Origin: a virus
Taxonomy: Duplodnaviria > Caudoviricetes
DNA: 53,810 nucleotides
Direction: 5' to 3' (one strand)
Virus record (IMG/VR): IMGVR_UViG_3300030099_000437
Span: 1 to 53,810 of that record
Positions 33,833 through 44,700 of this stretch are shown piece by piece (within the stretch, counting starts at the first letter, position 1; the number at the start of each line of letters is the position of its first letter). The notes below the pieces were generated by a model. The model was not told where the DNA came from, searched no databases, and worked only from the letters and a program-made list of their open reading frames with translations. The position numbers and the translations under genes are program-made.

Positions 33833-35434
33833 ATGAGCGATAACCCCCATCAAGCGTGTCCATATACTGACTGTGGTTCATCGGATGCGTTCAACTGGAA
33901 TGACGATGGCTATGGGTTCTGCCACAGTTGTGGGGAATCTTATCCGTCAAAGAATAAACGAGATGTATTTAACTGGGTAGCTGACTCCTACCCACTGAAG
34001 AAGAGAGGGAATGTAATGAGTATAGAAGTTAAAGGTATGACATACAATGACATCAGAGGTATTGACCCTGATGTGTGTAAGCTCTATGGAATACAGGTAC
34101 AGACTGATGCCGATGGTAATCCAATCAGGTATGCCTACAAGTATCCACACACTGTCAAGTACAGAGATTACAACGATAAGTCTAGGACTTGGATAAAGGA
34201 TAAGGGTGTAGGTATGAACCAACTGTTTGGTCCTGAGTTCAACTCCAACTCCTCTAACAAACTGTATATTACAGAAGGAGAGTTTGATGCTGCAAGTTTG
34301 TATCAGATACTAGGACAGAAGTACTTTGTTAAGTCTCTCCCCTCTGCTTCTATTGGTGAGAAGTTTATCAAACAAAACTACAAGTACCTTGATTCATTCA
34401 AGGAGATTATATATGCAGGTGAACTAGATGACGCAGGTAAGCGAAGTGCTGAGAGAATATACGAGGCATTTCCTAGCAAACTATACTATGTTCCCATGTC
34501 TAAACACAAAGATGCGAATGAGTTCCTCATGGCAGGTGATGGAGAGGAGTTGAAGTGGACTGCCCTCAAACCACAACGATACTCTCCAGATAATTTCTTC
34601 TGTTCTGATGAGGAAGTCACTCAGGCTATCCTTAACGAAAATCCATACGACTACACTCCTACAGGACACACAGGTCTGGATGATAAGATTCGTGGGATTG
34701 TTAAGGGTGGTCTGACCTTTATCAAAGCACCGAGGGGTACAGGTAAGACTGAAGTTATACGTTACTTTGAGACAGGATTGTTGCAAAACCCTGACACACG
34801 TATCGCACTCCTTCACATGGAAGAGATGCGAAGCACAACGTACAGGGCAATGGCAACGTACCAATTAGGAGTTAACGTAAGAACGAAGGATGATGCTAAA
34901 GAGAATGGCATATCCGAACAACAGGTGATAGAGGCTGCAAAAGAAGCCACTCAAGGAGAACGCACTATAGTATTCGAAATGCGTTCACACGATGACCCTC
35001 TCAAATTACTTGAGTATACTCGACTTGCAGCTTCTGTCTACGGAGCAGAATATATATTCGTAGACCATGTTCAGAGGTTGGCTTACCTCAGTCAGACAGG
35101 TGTAGATGGTGCTACATCTGTACTGACATCCCTTGGTGCTAGGATGGCACAACTTAGTAAGGAACTTAATATCGGTGTAGTATTTATATCGCAGGTCAAT
35201 GATGATGGACGTACTAAGTATGCCTCATCACTTGAGGAAGAAGCTATCATCTGTATTAAGATTGAACGAGATATAGAGAACGAGGACGAGGTGGTTCAGA
35301 ATACTACAGAGTTTATTGTAGATAAGAACAGACCTTTTGCTAGACTTGGTAAAGCAGGTAGAGTATACTATGACCCAGAGACTACACTACTTACTGAGGA
35401 TAGTGATAATAGAGATGACAGGATGGTTGCATGA
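33833..35434 (+). CDS. T7 gp4-like primase-helicase
   Basis: Zn finger CPYTDCGSSD...CHSC, TOPRIM ITEGEFDA, Walker A APRGTGKT, FVDH, KNR. Confidence 0.9.
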   Translation: MSDNPHQACPYTDCGSSDAFNWNDDGYGFCHSCGESYPSKNKRDVFNWVADSYPLKKRGNVMSIEVKGMTYNDIRGIDPDVCKLYGIQVQTDADGNPIRYAYKYPHTVKYRDYNDKSRTWIKDKGVGMNQLFGPEFNSNSSNKLYITEGEFDAASLYQILGQKYFVKSLPSASIGEKFIKQNYKYLDSFKEIIYAGELDDAGKRSAERIYEAFPSKLYYVPMSKHKDANEFLMAGDGEELKWTALKPQRYSPDNFFCSDEEVTQAILNENPYDYTPTGHTGLDDKIRGIVKGGLTFIKAPRGTGKTEVIRYFETGLLQNPDTRIALLHMEEMRSTTYRAMATYQLGVNVRTKDDAKENGISEQQVIEAAKEATQGERTIVFEMRSHDDPLKLLEYTRLAASVYGAEYIFVDHVQRLAYLSQTGVDGATSVLTSLGARMAQLSKELNIGVVFISQVNDDGRTKYASSLEEEAIICIKIERDIENEDEVVQNTTEFIVDKNRPFARLGKAGRVYYDPETTLLTEDSDNRDDRMVA

Positions 35435-37281
35435 TAATATTTGATGTAGAGGCTGATGGTCTTATTGACGAGGCTACAAAGATACATTGCCTATCTTACA
35501 TCTCAACTGACAGTGATGATACTGTTAAGACAGTAACAGACTATGATGAGATGCGAGACCTACTCCTATCTCAACAGGGTTTAGTAGGACACAACATAAT
35601 AAGGTATGACATACCCTTGCTGAATAAGATACTTGACATTAACATAAAGGCTAGACGATTTGACACACTGCCTATGTCTTGGGTGATTAATCCACTACGT
35701 ATGAAGCATGGGCTTGATAGTTTTTTCCCAGACTTTGGGATTGAGAAACCTAAGATTTCAGATTGGAACAATCTATCTGTGACCGACTACATACACAGAT
35801 GCGAACAAGATGTTAGGATTACACAGGCTCTTTGGTCTAACCTATTGAAAAGATTTATGTTTTTGTACAAGGATAAAGTAGAGTTGGACAAGTTCTTTAG
35901 GTATCTGGAGTTTAAGATGGATTGTGCTAACGAAGCAGAGCAGTCTGGTTGGAGAGTTGATATTAAACTTGCACAAGAGTGTGTGCATAAGTTGACTGAG
36001 TTACAAGACCAGAAGGTTGCTGAACTTACTGAAGTCATGCCTATGCGTAAACTATATAAGACACAGACTAAACCAAAGGTATGTTATAAGAAAGATAATA
36101 GTCTATCCTCACACGGTATCAAATGGTTTGAACTTCTTGAGGAGCATGGACTACCTGATACATACGATGGTGAGGTGACAGTTGTTAAGGGTGTAGAAGA
36201 TGCTAACCCTAACTCTACTGAGCAGGTTAAAGAATGGTTATACACACTAGGTTGGAAGCCTTGCACCTACAAGTATAACAAAGACAAGCAGACAGGTGAA
36301 GAGAAGAAAGTAGAACAGGTCAGGAAGAGTGGAGAACTTACAGAGTCAGTCAAACTTCTGATAAAAGAACATCCTGCAGTAGAAGTTCTTGATGGTCTGA
36401 CTGTTATACAACACAGGTTAGGTATCTTCAATAGCTTTGTTGAGTGCGAGAAAGATGGCTATCTACGAGCAGAGATAGATGGACTTACTAATACACTCAG
36501 GTTTAAACATAAGCGACCTCTGGTTAATCTACCTAGCGTAGAGAAGCCTTGGGGTAAAGAGATTAGAAGTTGTTTGATAGCACCAGAGGGTCATGTACTT
36601 TGTGGTGCTGACATGACCTCTCTTGAAGATACGACAAAGAGACACTATATGAAACCATACGACCCTAAGTATGTAGCAGAGATGTCAAGAGAAGGCTTTG
36701 ACCCACACCTTGACTTAGCAAAACACGCAGGTGCTATAACACAGAAAGATATAGATGCGTACCATAGGGGAGAGATAGATTTAAAACCATTACGAAAAGA
36801 TTTTAAGGTGGTTAACTACTCAGCAACATATGGAGTAGGTGCAGCAAAGTTATCAAGAGAGACAGGTATGAGTGTACATAAAGCAAAGAAACTTCTTGAA
36901 GCATATTGGAACAGGAACTGGTCAGTCAGGAAGTTCTCAAGTAAACAGAAGATACGAAAGATTGGTGATGAGATGTGGATACAGAACCCTGTTAGTAAGT
37001 TCTGGCACTCACTAAGGTACGAGAAAGATGCCTTCTCCACCATCAATCAAAGCACAGGCTCTTACTGCTTTGATAAGTGGGTAGCTTTCTACCGTACCAG
37101 ACGTTCTAATATTGTCGGTCAGTTTCACGATGAGAGTATTAATGTCGTGAGAGAGGGAGAGCAAGAGGAACACACACAGACATTACATTGGGCAATAGAC
37201 AGACTCAATGAACAGTTAAGACTGAATGTTGAACTAGGTATTGATGTTCAGTATGGAAATAATTATGCAAAAGTACATTAA
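35431..37281 (+). CDS. DNA polymerase family A with 3'-5' exonuclease
   Basis: FDVEADG, GHNIIRYD, CEQDV exo motifs; GADMTSLE, K..NY...YG, QFHDE polymerase motifs. Confidence 0.92.
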   Translation: MIIFDVEADGLIDEATKIHCLSYISTDSDDTVKTVTDYDEMRDLLLSQQGLVGHNIIRYDIPLLNKILDINIKARRFDTLPMSWVINPLRMKHGLDSFFPDFGIEKPKISDWNNLSVTDYIHRCEQDVRITQALWSNLLKRFMFLYKDKVELDKFFRYLEFKMDCANEAEQSGWRVDIKLAQECVHKLTELQDQKVAELTEVMPMRKLYKTQTKPKVCYKKDNSLSSHGIKWFELLEEHGLPDTYDGEVTVVKGVEDANPNSTEQVKEWLYTLGWKPCTYKYNKDKQTGEEKKVEQVRKSGELTESVKLLIKEHPAVEVLDGLTVIQHRLGIFNSFVECEKDGYLRAEIDGLTNTLRFKHKRPLVNLPSVEKPWGKEIRSCLIAPEGHVLCGADMTSLEDTTKRHYMKPYDPKYVAEMSREGFDPHLDLAKHAGAITQKDIDAYHRGEIDLKPLRKDFKVVNYSATYGVGAAKLSRETGMSVHKAKKLLEAYWNRNWSVRKFSSKQKIRKIGDEMWIQNPVSKFWHSLRYEKDAFSTINQSTGSYCFDKWVAFYRTRRSNIVGQFHDESINVVREGEQEEHTQTLHWAIDRLNEQLRLNVELGIDVQYGNNYAKVH

Positions 37282-37284
37282 TAC

Positions 37285-37313
37285 TTGCATCATTATAAAT
37301 CGTAGTATATAAT
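37285..37313 (+). promoter_or_regulatory. Promoter of SSB gene
   Basis: TTGCAT-N17-TATAAT in intergenic gap. Confidence 0.6.
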
Positions 37314-37339
37314 ATTAACACATTAACAAGGAGTAAAAT

Positions 37340-37852
37340 ATGGCTACACGTAAAGTTGTTTTAACAGGTATCGGTGAATGGGCAAAAGTCTTTGAAGATA
37401 ACCGTGACATGAAGGGCTTTGAAGGAGCTTGGGAAGAGTTTAACGGTGCTTGTACTATTGACATGATACTAGACGATGAGAATATGCAGATACTGCGTAA
37501 CTCTAAGTCGATGAAGAAGGGTACACCAGACCCTGAGGGTAGAGGTACTAAGGTACGTCTTATCCGAAAGTTTGACACAGGTAGGGATTGGGATAGTGGC
37601 GCACCAGTAGTCACCAAGGCTGATGGTTCTAAGTGGAACTATGAAGAGGATGGAACTATTGGTAATGGTTCTACTGTTCAGGTTACACTATCTGTCTACG
37701 ACACTAGCCGTAAGGGTATAGTGGGTACACGACTTGACCGAATTAAGGTCATCAACCATGTGGAGTATCAACCTGAGGACGAGGATGAGGTTGCAACTCC
37801 TCCCCCACCAAGGGTTGTAAGTGACAACAGTGCAAAAGAAGTTCTCTTCTAA
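37340..37852 (+). CDS. Single-stranded DNA-binding protein (gp2.5-like)
   Basis: IGNGS motif, acidic tail ending in F, position after polymerase. Confidence 0.75.
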   Translation: MATRKVVLTGIGEWAKVFEDNRDMKGFEGAWEEFNGACTIDMILDDENMQILRNSKSMKKGTPDPEGRGTKVRLIRKFDTGRDWDSGAPVVTKADGSKWNYEEDGTIGNGSTVQVTLSVYDTSRKGIVGTRLDRIKVINHVEYQPEDEDEVATPPPPRVVSDNSAKEVLF

Positions 37853-37988
37853 ATCACTGAAGCCCAGAAACCTTGAGGCTAGGGCTTTACACAGTCCACA
37901 GTATAGCCTCAAGGTAATCCCCAATAAAGTCAAGAAACTGTTTAGAAAAAGAAAACATAAATCAGGAACGACAGATGAAAAAGATTGA
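37821..37988 (+). CDS. 55-aa basic ArfA-like protein
   Basis: Not in track; GTG start; RNLEARALHSPQYSLKVIPNK...RKRKHK. Confidence 0.5.
   Translation: MTTVQKKFSSKSLKPRNLEARALHSPQYSLKVIPNKVKKLFRKRKHKSGTTDEKD
37870..37915 (+). other. Long RNA hairpin (possible RNase III site)
   Basis: ACCTTGAGGCTA / TAGCCTCAAGGT perfect 12-bp stem plus inner GGGCT/AGTCC stem. Confidence 0.7.
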
Positions 37989-38829
37989 CACACTTATAAG
38001 AGACATGAACAAGACGCTCAAAGGTATGGGCGGTTGGGATGGTCTACGAGGTCAAAGTCTTGGTCATGGCATAGCTCTCACTGCAAATCAAAGGTTTGGT
38101 GAGCCTCAGAAACCAAGAGGATACCTATCTCTTTCTTCTGTCGGTACACCCTGCAAGAGAAAGCTTTGGTACAAGATTAATAAGACAGACGAAGGGGAAG
38201 AGCTAACTCCTAACACCTTTCTAAAGTTCTTCTATGGAGATATGATAGAAGAGTTTATACTACAGCTAGCCATTGCAAGTGGACATGATGTTAAAGGTCA
38301 ACAGGATAGACTAGATGTTCATGGTGTTAAAGGACACAGAGATGCAGTCATTGACGGTATGACAGTTGATGTAAAGTCCTGCAGTAGTTATGCGTTTAAG
38401 AAATTTAAAGAAGGGAAGCTTAGAGATGATGACCCATTTGGATACATATCACAACTTAGTTCATATGTGTATGCAGGTCAGAACGACCCTCTTGTTACAG
38501 ACAAAGTACGAGGAGCTTTTCTGGCAGTTGACAAACAGAATGGACATATTTGTTTGGATGTTTATGATTTCACTGAGGAACTAAAAACGAAAGAAGAAGA
38601 GATACTAGAGGCTATCTACATGGTAGATGGTAAAATACCAGAAGAACGTATTCCTACTGTGCCTCAGTCTAAGTCTAGCGAAAACACAAAACTTAGTATG
38701 CAGTGTAGTTACTGTGAGTTTAAGTTTCTGTGTTGGGAGAACCTGAGAACCTTTATCTATTCCTCAGGTCCTGAGTATCTTATTAATGTTGTACAAGAAC
38801 CTAGAGTTCCTGAGGTGTTTCATGACTAA
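37975..38829 (+). CDS. Cas4/AddB-like PD-(D/E)XK exonuclease
   Basis: GHRD...DVKS, QL..Y motifs; one N-terminal and three C-terminal Cys (CSYC..C). Confidence 0.8.
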   Translation: MKKIDTLIRDMNKTLKGMGGWDGLRGQSLGHGIALTANQRFGEPQKPRGYLSLSSVGTPCKRKLWYKINKTDEGEELTPNTFLKFFYGDMIEEFILQLAIASGHDVKGQQDRLDVHGVKGHRDAVIDGMTVDVKSCSSYAFKKFKEGKLRDDDPFGYISQLSSYVYAGQNDPLVTDKVRGAFLAVDKQNGHICLDVYDFTEELKTKEEEILEAIYMVDGKIPEERIPTVPQSKSSENTKLSMQCSYCEFKFLCWENLRTFIYSSGPEYLINVVQEPRVPEVFHD

Positions 38830-39184
38830 AAACAGTAAAGCAAAAGGTAGACTAGGACAACAAGAGATACGAGATAAAATACTAGATACTTTTCCTAAAC
38901 TACATCCTGACGATGTTAAGTCTACAGTTATGGGAGATACAGGTGAAGATATACAACTCTCTCCTGCAGCTAGGAAGATAATACCACTCTCTATAGAAGT
39001 AAAGAGAAGAAAGGGTGGACTTAAAACTGTTTATGCCTACATGGAACAGGCATCTAAACATGGTAAAGGAGAGCCTGTTGTGTTTTTCAGGGCAGACAGA
39101 CAGCCTTGGATTGTAATGACAGGAGTAGAACACTACATGGATTTAATTAAACTTTGGGGAAAGAACAATGGTGGAAAAAATTAA
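38822..39184 (+). CDS. Holliday-junction-resolvase-like endonuclease
   Basis: SKAKG...EDI...SIEVK...EQA motif; ATG at 38822 after GAGG. Confidence 0.7.
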   Translation: MTKNSKAKGRLGQQEIRDKILDTFPKLHPDDVKSTVMGDTGEDIQLSPAARKIIPLSIEVKRRKGGLKTVYAYMEQASKHGKGEPVVFFRADRQPWIVMTGVEHYMDLIKLWGKNNGGKN

Positions 39185-39428
39185 AGTGTGGGCTGTAACA
39201 GAAGGTCCTTTTGATGTGCAGAAACTAATAGATAAGGATGATTACCCCTATACAGTGCCACCTAACGGCAGATATTTTACTGTATGTCAGGTGGAAGAAA
39301 ACAATAAATTAGTAGAAAAAGAGTTTTGGTTTCCTGAAGAGAAAGAAGCATACGCATTTAAACATTATATAGACTCACACATGGAAGCAGTTGAGCTTGA
39401 TTCACCTAAACTAGCAGAAATAATTTGA
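39168..39428 (+). CDS. Hypothetical protein
   Basis: 86 aa contiguous ORF. Confidence 0.6.
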   Translation: MVEKIKVWAVTEGPFDVQKLIDKDDYPYTVPPNGRYFTVCQVEENNKLVEKEFWFPEEKEAYAFKHYIDSHMEAVELDSPKLAEII

Positions 39429-39430
39429 CT

Positions 39431-39601
39431 ATGACTATAAAATATGAAATAATAATGACAGTAACTGTTGATGATGGTGCTAACTTCCTAGAAGTAAGTG
39501 GGCAAAACAGACAAGTAATCAAAGAGAAGATAGAAGATTTAATTTATGACTTAGACGATGTAACAATAGAAGATATAGATGTAACAAGGAGAGAAGAATG
39601 A
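39431..39601 (+). CDS. Hypothetical acidic protein (56 aa)
   Basis: Not in track; fills gap, stop overlaps RNR ATG. Confidence 0.55.
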   Translation: MTIKYEIIMTVTVDDGANFLEVSGQNRQVIKEKIEDLIYDLDDVTIEDIDVTRREE

Positions 39602-41496
39602 GTTTACCAACCGACTACCAAAACTTTATAGCAGTGTCACGCTATGCACGATGGCTTGATGAAGAGAACAGGAGAGAGACTTGGGATGAGACAGTGCAGA
39701 GATACGTTGACTATATGGCAGAGAAAGTCAAAGGCAGTCTACCTAAGGGTGAGATATATGATGCAATATACAACCTAGAAGTTATGCCATCTATGAGAGC
39801 CTTAATGACTGCAGGACCTGCACTTGAACGAGACAACACTGCAGGATATAACTGTAGCTATCTACCTGTCGATGACCCCAAAGCATTTGACGAGGCTATG
39901 TATATCCTGTTGTGCGGAACAGGTGTTGGCTTCTCTGTCGAGAGACAATACATAAGTAGACTACCAGACATTCCTGAGGATATGGAAGAGTGTGATACAG
40001 TTATTGAAGTTGTTGATAGTAAAGAAGGTTGGGCTAAGTCTTTACGTAAACTCATAGGACATCTGTACATGGGCGAGATACCATCGTGGGATGTCTCAAA
40101 GGTTAGACCTGCAGGTGCTAGACTGAAGATATTCGGTGGTAGAGCCAGTGGTCCTGAACCTCTCGTTGATTTATTTAACTTTACTGTGGCATTATTCAAG
40201 GCTAATGCAGGACGTAAACTGTCTAGCTACGACTGTCACAATCTAATGTGTAAGGTGGGAGAAGTTGTAGTATCTGGTGGAGTAAGACGGTCAGCAATGA
40301 TTAGTCTCTCCAATCTCTCTGACCAGAGAATGAGACACGCTAAGTCTGGTAAATGGTGGGAGACTGCACCACAGATGGCATTGTCTAACAACTCTGTAGC
40401 CTACACAGACAAGCCAGATGGTGAGACATTCCTCAGGGAGTGGCTCTCACTGGTTGAGTCTAAGTCAGGGGAGCGTGGGATATTCAATAGAGTATCCGCA
40501 AAGAAACAGGTTGCTAAGTATGGTAGGAGAAATCCTGACTATGACTTTGGGTGCAACCCATGCTCTGAGATTATCCTGCGCCCCTATCAATTCTGTAACC
40601 TCACGGAGGTTGTCATCAGAGAGAGTGATAGGTTTGATGACTTGAAACGTAAGGTAGTCCTAGCGACAATACTAGGTACTGCACAGGCTACATTAACTAA
40701 GTTCCCCTATCTCCGAAAGATTTGGAATACAAACACAGAGGAGGAGAGATTACTTGGTGTGTCTCTGACAGGTATCATGGATAATGAATTAACAAGTGGG
40801 AGAAAGAAAGGACTAGATAAAACTCTAGAATCTCTGAGAGAGATTGCAGTGGAGACAAACCGGGAATGGTCACAGATATTCCGAATACCACCATCTACTG
40901 CTATCACCTGTGTCAAGCCTAGTGGCACAGTGTCACAGTTAGTAGACTCTGCTAGTGGAATACATCCACGACACAGTAAGTATTACATCAGAACTGTACG
41001 AGGAGACAACAAAGACCCACTCACAAAGTTTATGATTGACAATGGTGTACCTAGTGAACCAGACTTTATGAAGCCTGATGGTCAGACTGTATTCAGTTTC
41101 CCCATGAAGTCTCCTCATACGTCAGTCATTAGACACGAAATGACAGCCATACAACAGCTAGAAATGTGGCTTACGTACCAGAGGTACTGGTGTGAACATA
41201 AACCCTCTGTAACAGTCTCTGTCAAGGACGATGAGTGGATGGAGGTAGGTGCATTTGTATTCAAACACTTTGATGAGATGTCAGGTGTGTCATTCTTGCC
41301 ACACTCAGACCACACCTATCAGCAAGCACCCTATCAGGACTGCACAGAGAAAGAGTATAATGCCATGCTAGACAAGTTTGTCTATGACATTAACTGGGAT
41401 AGCCTTGATGATTACGAGAAGGAAGATACGACTGCAGGAAGTCAGACGTTTGCTTGTAGTGGTGACACTTGTGAAATCGTAGATATAGGAGTATAG
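39598..41496 (+). CDS. nrdJ: Class II (adenosylcobalamin-dependent) ribonucleotide reductase
   Basis: YNCSY, GGVRRSA, NPCSEI, TCVKPSGTVS, C-terminal CSGDTC; no NrdB gene present. Confidence 0.9.
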   Translation: MSLPTDYQNFIAVSRYARWLDEENRRETWDETVQRYVDYMAEKVKGSLPKGEIYDAIYNLEVMPSMRALMTAGPALERDNTAGYNCSYLPVDDPKAFDEAMYILLCGTGVGFSVERQYISRLPDIPEDMEECDTVIEVVDSKEGWAKSLRKLIGHLYMGEIPSWDVSKVRPAGARLKIFGGRASGPEPLVDLFNFTVALFKANAGRKLSSYDCHNLMCKVGEVVVSGGVRRSAMISLSNLSDQRMRHAKSGKWWETAPQMALSNNSVAYTDKPDGETFLREWLSLVESKSGERGIFNRVSAKKQVAKYGRRNPDYDFGCNPCSEIILRPYQFCNLTEVVIRESDRFDDLKRKVVLATILGTAQATLTKFPYLRKIWNTNTEEERLLGVSLTGIMDNELTSGRKKGLDKTLESLREIAVETNREWSQIFRIPPSTAITCVKPSGTVSQLVDSASGIHPRHSKYYIRTVRGDNKDPLTKFMIDNGVPSEPDFMKPDGQTVFSFPMKSPHTSVIRHEMTAIQQLEMWLTYQRYWCEHKPSVTVSVKDDEWMEVGAFVFKHFDEMSGVSFLPHSDHTYQQAPYQDCTEKEYNAMLDKFVYDINWDSLDDYEKEDTTAGSQTFACSGDTCEIVDIGV

Positions 41497-41497
41497 A

Positions 41498-41704
41498 TTG
41501 ACAGTGATTAAACTAGAGAAAGAAGCAAAAGCATTTAGAAAGAAACAGACACCTAAGTCTCTCAAGCCACTAACATCTAGGAGATACCTTGCAGGTCAGG
41601 CACTTGCAGGGTTACTTGCTAGAGGTAAAGGTGCTGTAAATAAACATGATTTGAAAAGAGAAGCCTACGAGTGGGCAGACTATATGTTAGAAGATGACTA
41701 CTGA
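41498..41704 (+). CDS. Hypothetical protein, last gene of plus arm
   Basis: R.YLAGQALAGLLA...AY..AD.ML motif. Confidence 0.7.
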   Translation: MTVIKLEKEAKAFRKKQTPKSLKPLTSRRYLAGQALAGLLARGKGAVNKHDLKREAYEWADYMLEDDY

Positions 41705-44700
41705 TAGGCTAGGTTTTCTCTTAAAATAGAACCTGAAGGTTGAGGAAAGGTTAGTGTGTCGTAGTTATCCATAATAGTTTTTATGTATGCTAATATATCT
41801 GTTGCATTTTCTTTTTTCATTATATCATCAAACTCATCATCCGCACCAATTATATTACCCTGTCTTGCAACATTTAGTGCGTAGTTCATAGCGTCTTTAT
41901 CACCTATTGTTATATCTCTCAATATACTTAAAGATTTTGGAGAAGAGTTTCTTAGTACTTCCAGAGTCATTTCTCTTAATTTAGGTTTAATTATTTCATT
42001 TATTATTTTTACCTTAACATTTAAATCTCTTTGAAAATAGTTAGGGTATTTTTCTAATGTTTCCATAGCAATTTGTTCAAAGATAGGAGCTGCAATATTA
42101 TCCATAGCATTCTTAACTATGGGGTCTCCTCCCCACCTATTAAACTTCCAAGTAGGAATACCTGCAGCATTTAACATTTTTATACCTATGTTAGAGTGAG
42201 GTGAACGTCTAGCACCAAATAACATTTTACTTACGTTTGGAACTCTATCTTTACCCTCTCCTAATGTGGCTCTAGTTTCTTCCGTTGCTGCACTAGACAG
42301 TTCTGTGGGTAGAAGAGCGTTAATATATTTAAAGGCTGAATTGGTTCTTTCATTGCCCTGTCTTAGGTCAGGTGTAGCACCATCAAATCTTACCATATTA
42401 GCTACAACATTAACAGGTTCAAGAAACCTCGTACCTCCCTGAAATATTCTAGCCCCTGCATCTGCTGTAAGACCAATAATGAAATTAAAAAGGTCTAACA
42501 AAGAATCTACTTGTGTTTCTCCATCTACAAAAGAATAAAATTGTTCTCCTATATAACTCGTTACTTGGTCAACTTGTCTAACTGCAGAACCAGTAAGCTC
42601 TGCTCCAAGTCTAGCTTGTAACCCTGTAGGTATTTGCGTTACATCAAAATGTTCGATAATATATTCATATATTTCGTCAGGATTACGTTCAGCTAAATCC
42701 TTTTTTAAATTTCTACCATCTCCACTAATTGCATGAGCAAGCATTTGAGCAATTAGGTCTGCCTGATTAAGCGGCCAATCATAAGTAATATCTACTAAAT
42801 CCCCCTCTGAATTTCTATTTTCATTATAAGCATCACCCCTAGAAACTTTTTCTACAGCAGAATTTTCACCGTAGAATGTTCTCCACAATACGTATGACCA
42901 ACCTACAATCATTTTAGAGGTAGCTTCAGTAAAATCTTGTGTCTCAGGGTCTAAGTCTCTACCCAGAGCTTTTCTAGTCATATATCTTGCAGCATTTATC
43001 CCAGTAACATCACCAAAAGTAGCGGCAACAGTATTCATAAAACTACCAAAAGGTATAATAAAACCTCCTGCAGTTCGATTAGTAACATTTTCTACAAGAA
43101 TAGCACCCTCTCTAAATAAACTGTTACCTGCTCTCCCCTGTAGTTGTGACCAGTTGACTGAAGCAGTCTGTCTCATTGTTCTCCATGCAGACTTTTGTAA
43201 AACCTCATCCATAAATTTAGGACTAGTTATTTCAATTCCTACATCTGGTCTAGAGAAAAATTGCGTAGGAGACTCTCCATATACCTTCATAATATTTTGA
43301 TTCATATTACCACTGAAAGCCCACAACTTAGAATATTCATCTTGAAGTCTCATAAGTGAAATAGTTTGCGCTCCTTTTGTAATACTATCAAATCCTGCAT
43401 ATATAGGATTATTTTTCTTGTCCAGATTAAATAAAGCTAAACTATCAAATGCTCCTCCATCTCCAGACACATCTCTAAATAATCTCTCTTTGACTTTAGG
43501 ATTTAAGTCAAGGATAAGTCTTGCATATCCTACATCCATCTCTGGATTTAGTACATTAAAACCTTTTCTAGCAGCACCAAAGAAATTACCATATGCCTGT
43601 CTAGCATGGTACTCTGCTTTCTTTGCATTACCTCCTAAGGTTTTATAAAATGCAGACAAAGTTATGTTACCAACAGAAGTTGTTATATCTCCTGCCACAT
43701 CTAATAAATTTAACGCACCAAAACCTTTTAAGTTAGAACCTGTGGTAGCAGGGTGTGAAGTAAGAAGTCTTTTATATATAGACAAAGCCCACTGAAATCT
43801 CTTTGGACTAATGTCCGTTTCTATCTGACCTGCCATAACTTTCATGGTGGTATTCATATTTTTAGTTTCTTTATGTATATTATTAGCCATTGCTTGTGAT
43901 ATTTGTAAAGTACGTCCTGCATTACTCTCAATATTAACATATCTAGCACTCAAGGCTTCTACTGTATAAGGTAGATTAAGACTTTTTCCTGTTCTAAATT
44001 CATATTCTTTCATAATTTTTTCTACAGTAAAATTACTTAGATATTTCATTGACTCTGCCATTACACCAGTTATCTTACTTTCATCAATCATATCCTGATG
44101 AACAACAAAACCTGCTTCTTTTAATACTCTTAAGTAACCTTTAGTTAATATGTTACCTTCATTATCAACTGTGTCTAAAAAAAACTCTCTAAAAAATTGT
44201 TGTGTGTGAGCTAAATCATTTGCAAAAGCGTCAGGATTATTTCCACCTATAGACTCTTTTAATGTGTTATAAGCCTCACCCCTAATCTTTTCCCATTTTT
44301 TTAAATTTTCGTTAAAACCTCCGGGAAGTTGTTTCCATTCTTTAATAGGTTTACGATAACCAAAATGTGACTCAACTTTATAGGCTATATCATCAGCATT
44401 TGCACTAACTCTTTCATCAACTATTTGCTGTGCATTCTTTAATCCTTCCCTAACCTTATTATCTATATCAATATAACCAAGCCAACTACTTTTTATAGGC
44501 TCTTTCTTTCGTAACTCTCTTAAACCAAAGTTAGTTATTGTTACTGCAGGAATAAATAAGGATGCGAAAGCGGCTATAGTAGTTTGAGATTTAGATATTT
44601 CTTCTTGATTACCCACATTAATTAAATTTAACTGCGACAATAAATCTAATGTTACATTCTGAGCTAGGTCTGGTAATGTAAATGCAGCAGTAGTACCAAG

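Noticed and set aside
37975-38829. Cas4-like gene as a CRISPR component
   Set aside because: No repeat-spacer array or other cas genes; ordinary phage exonuclease context
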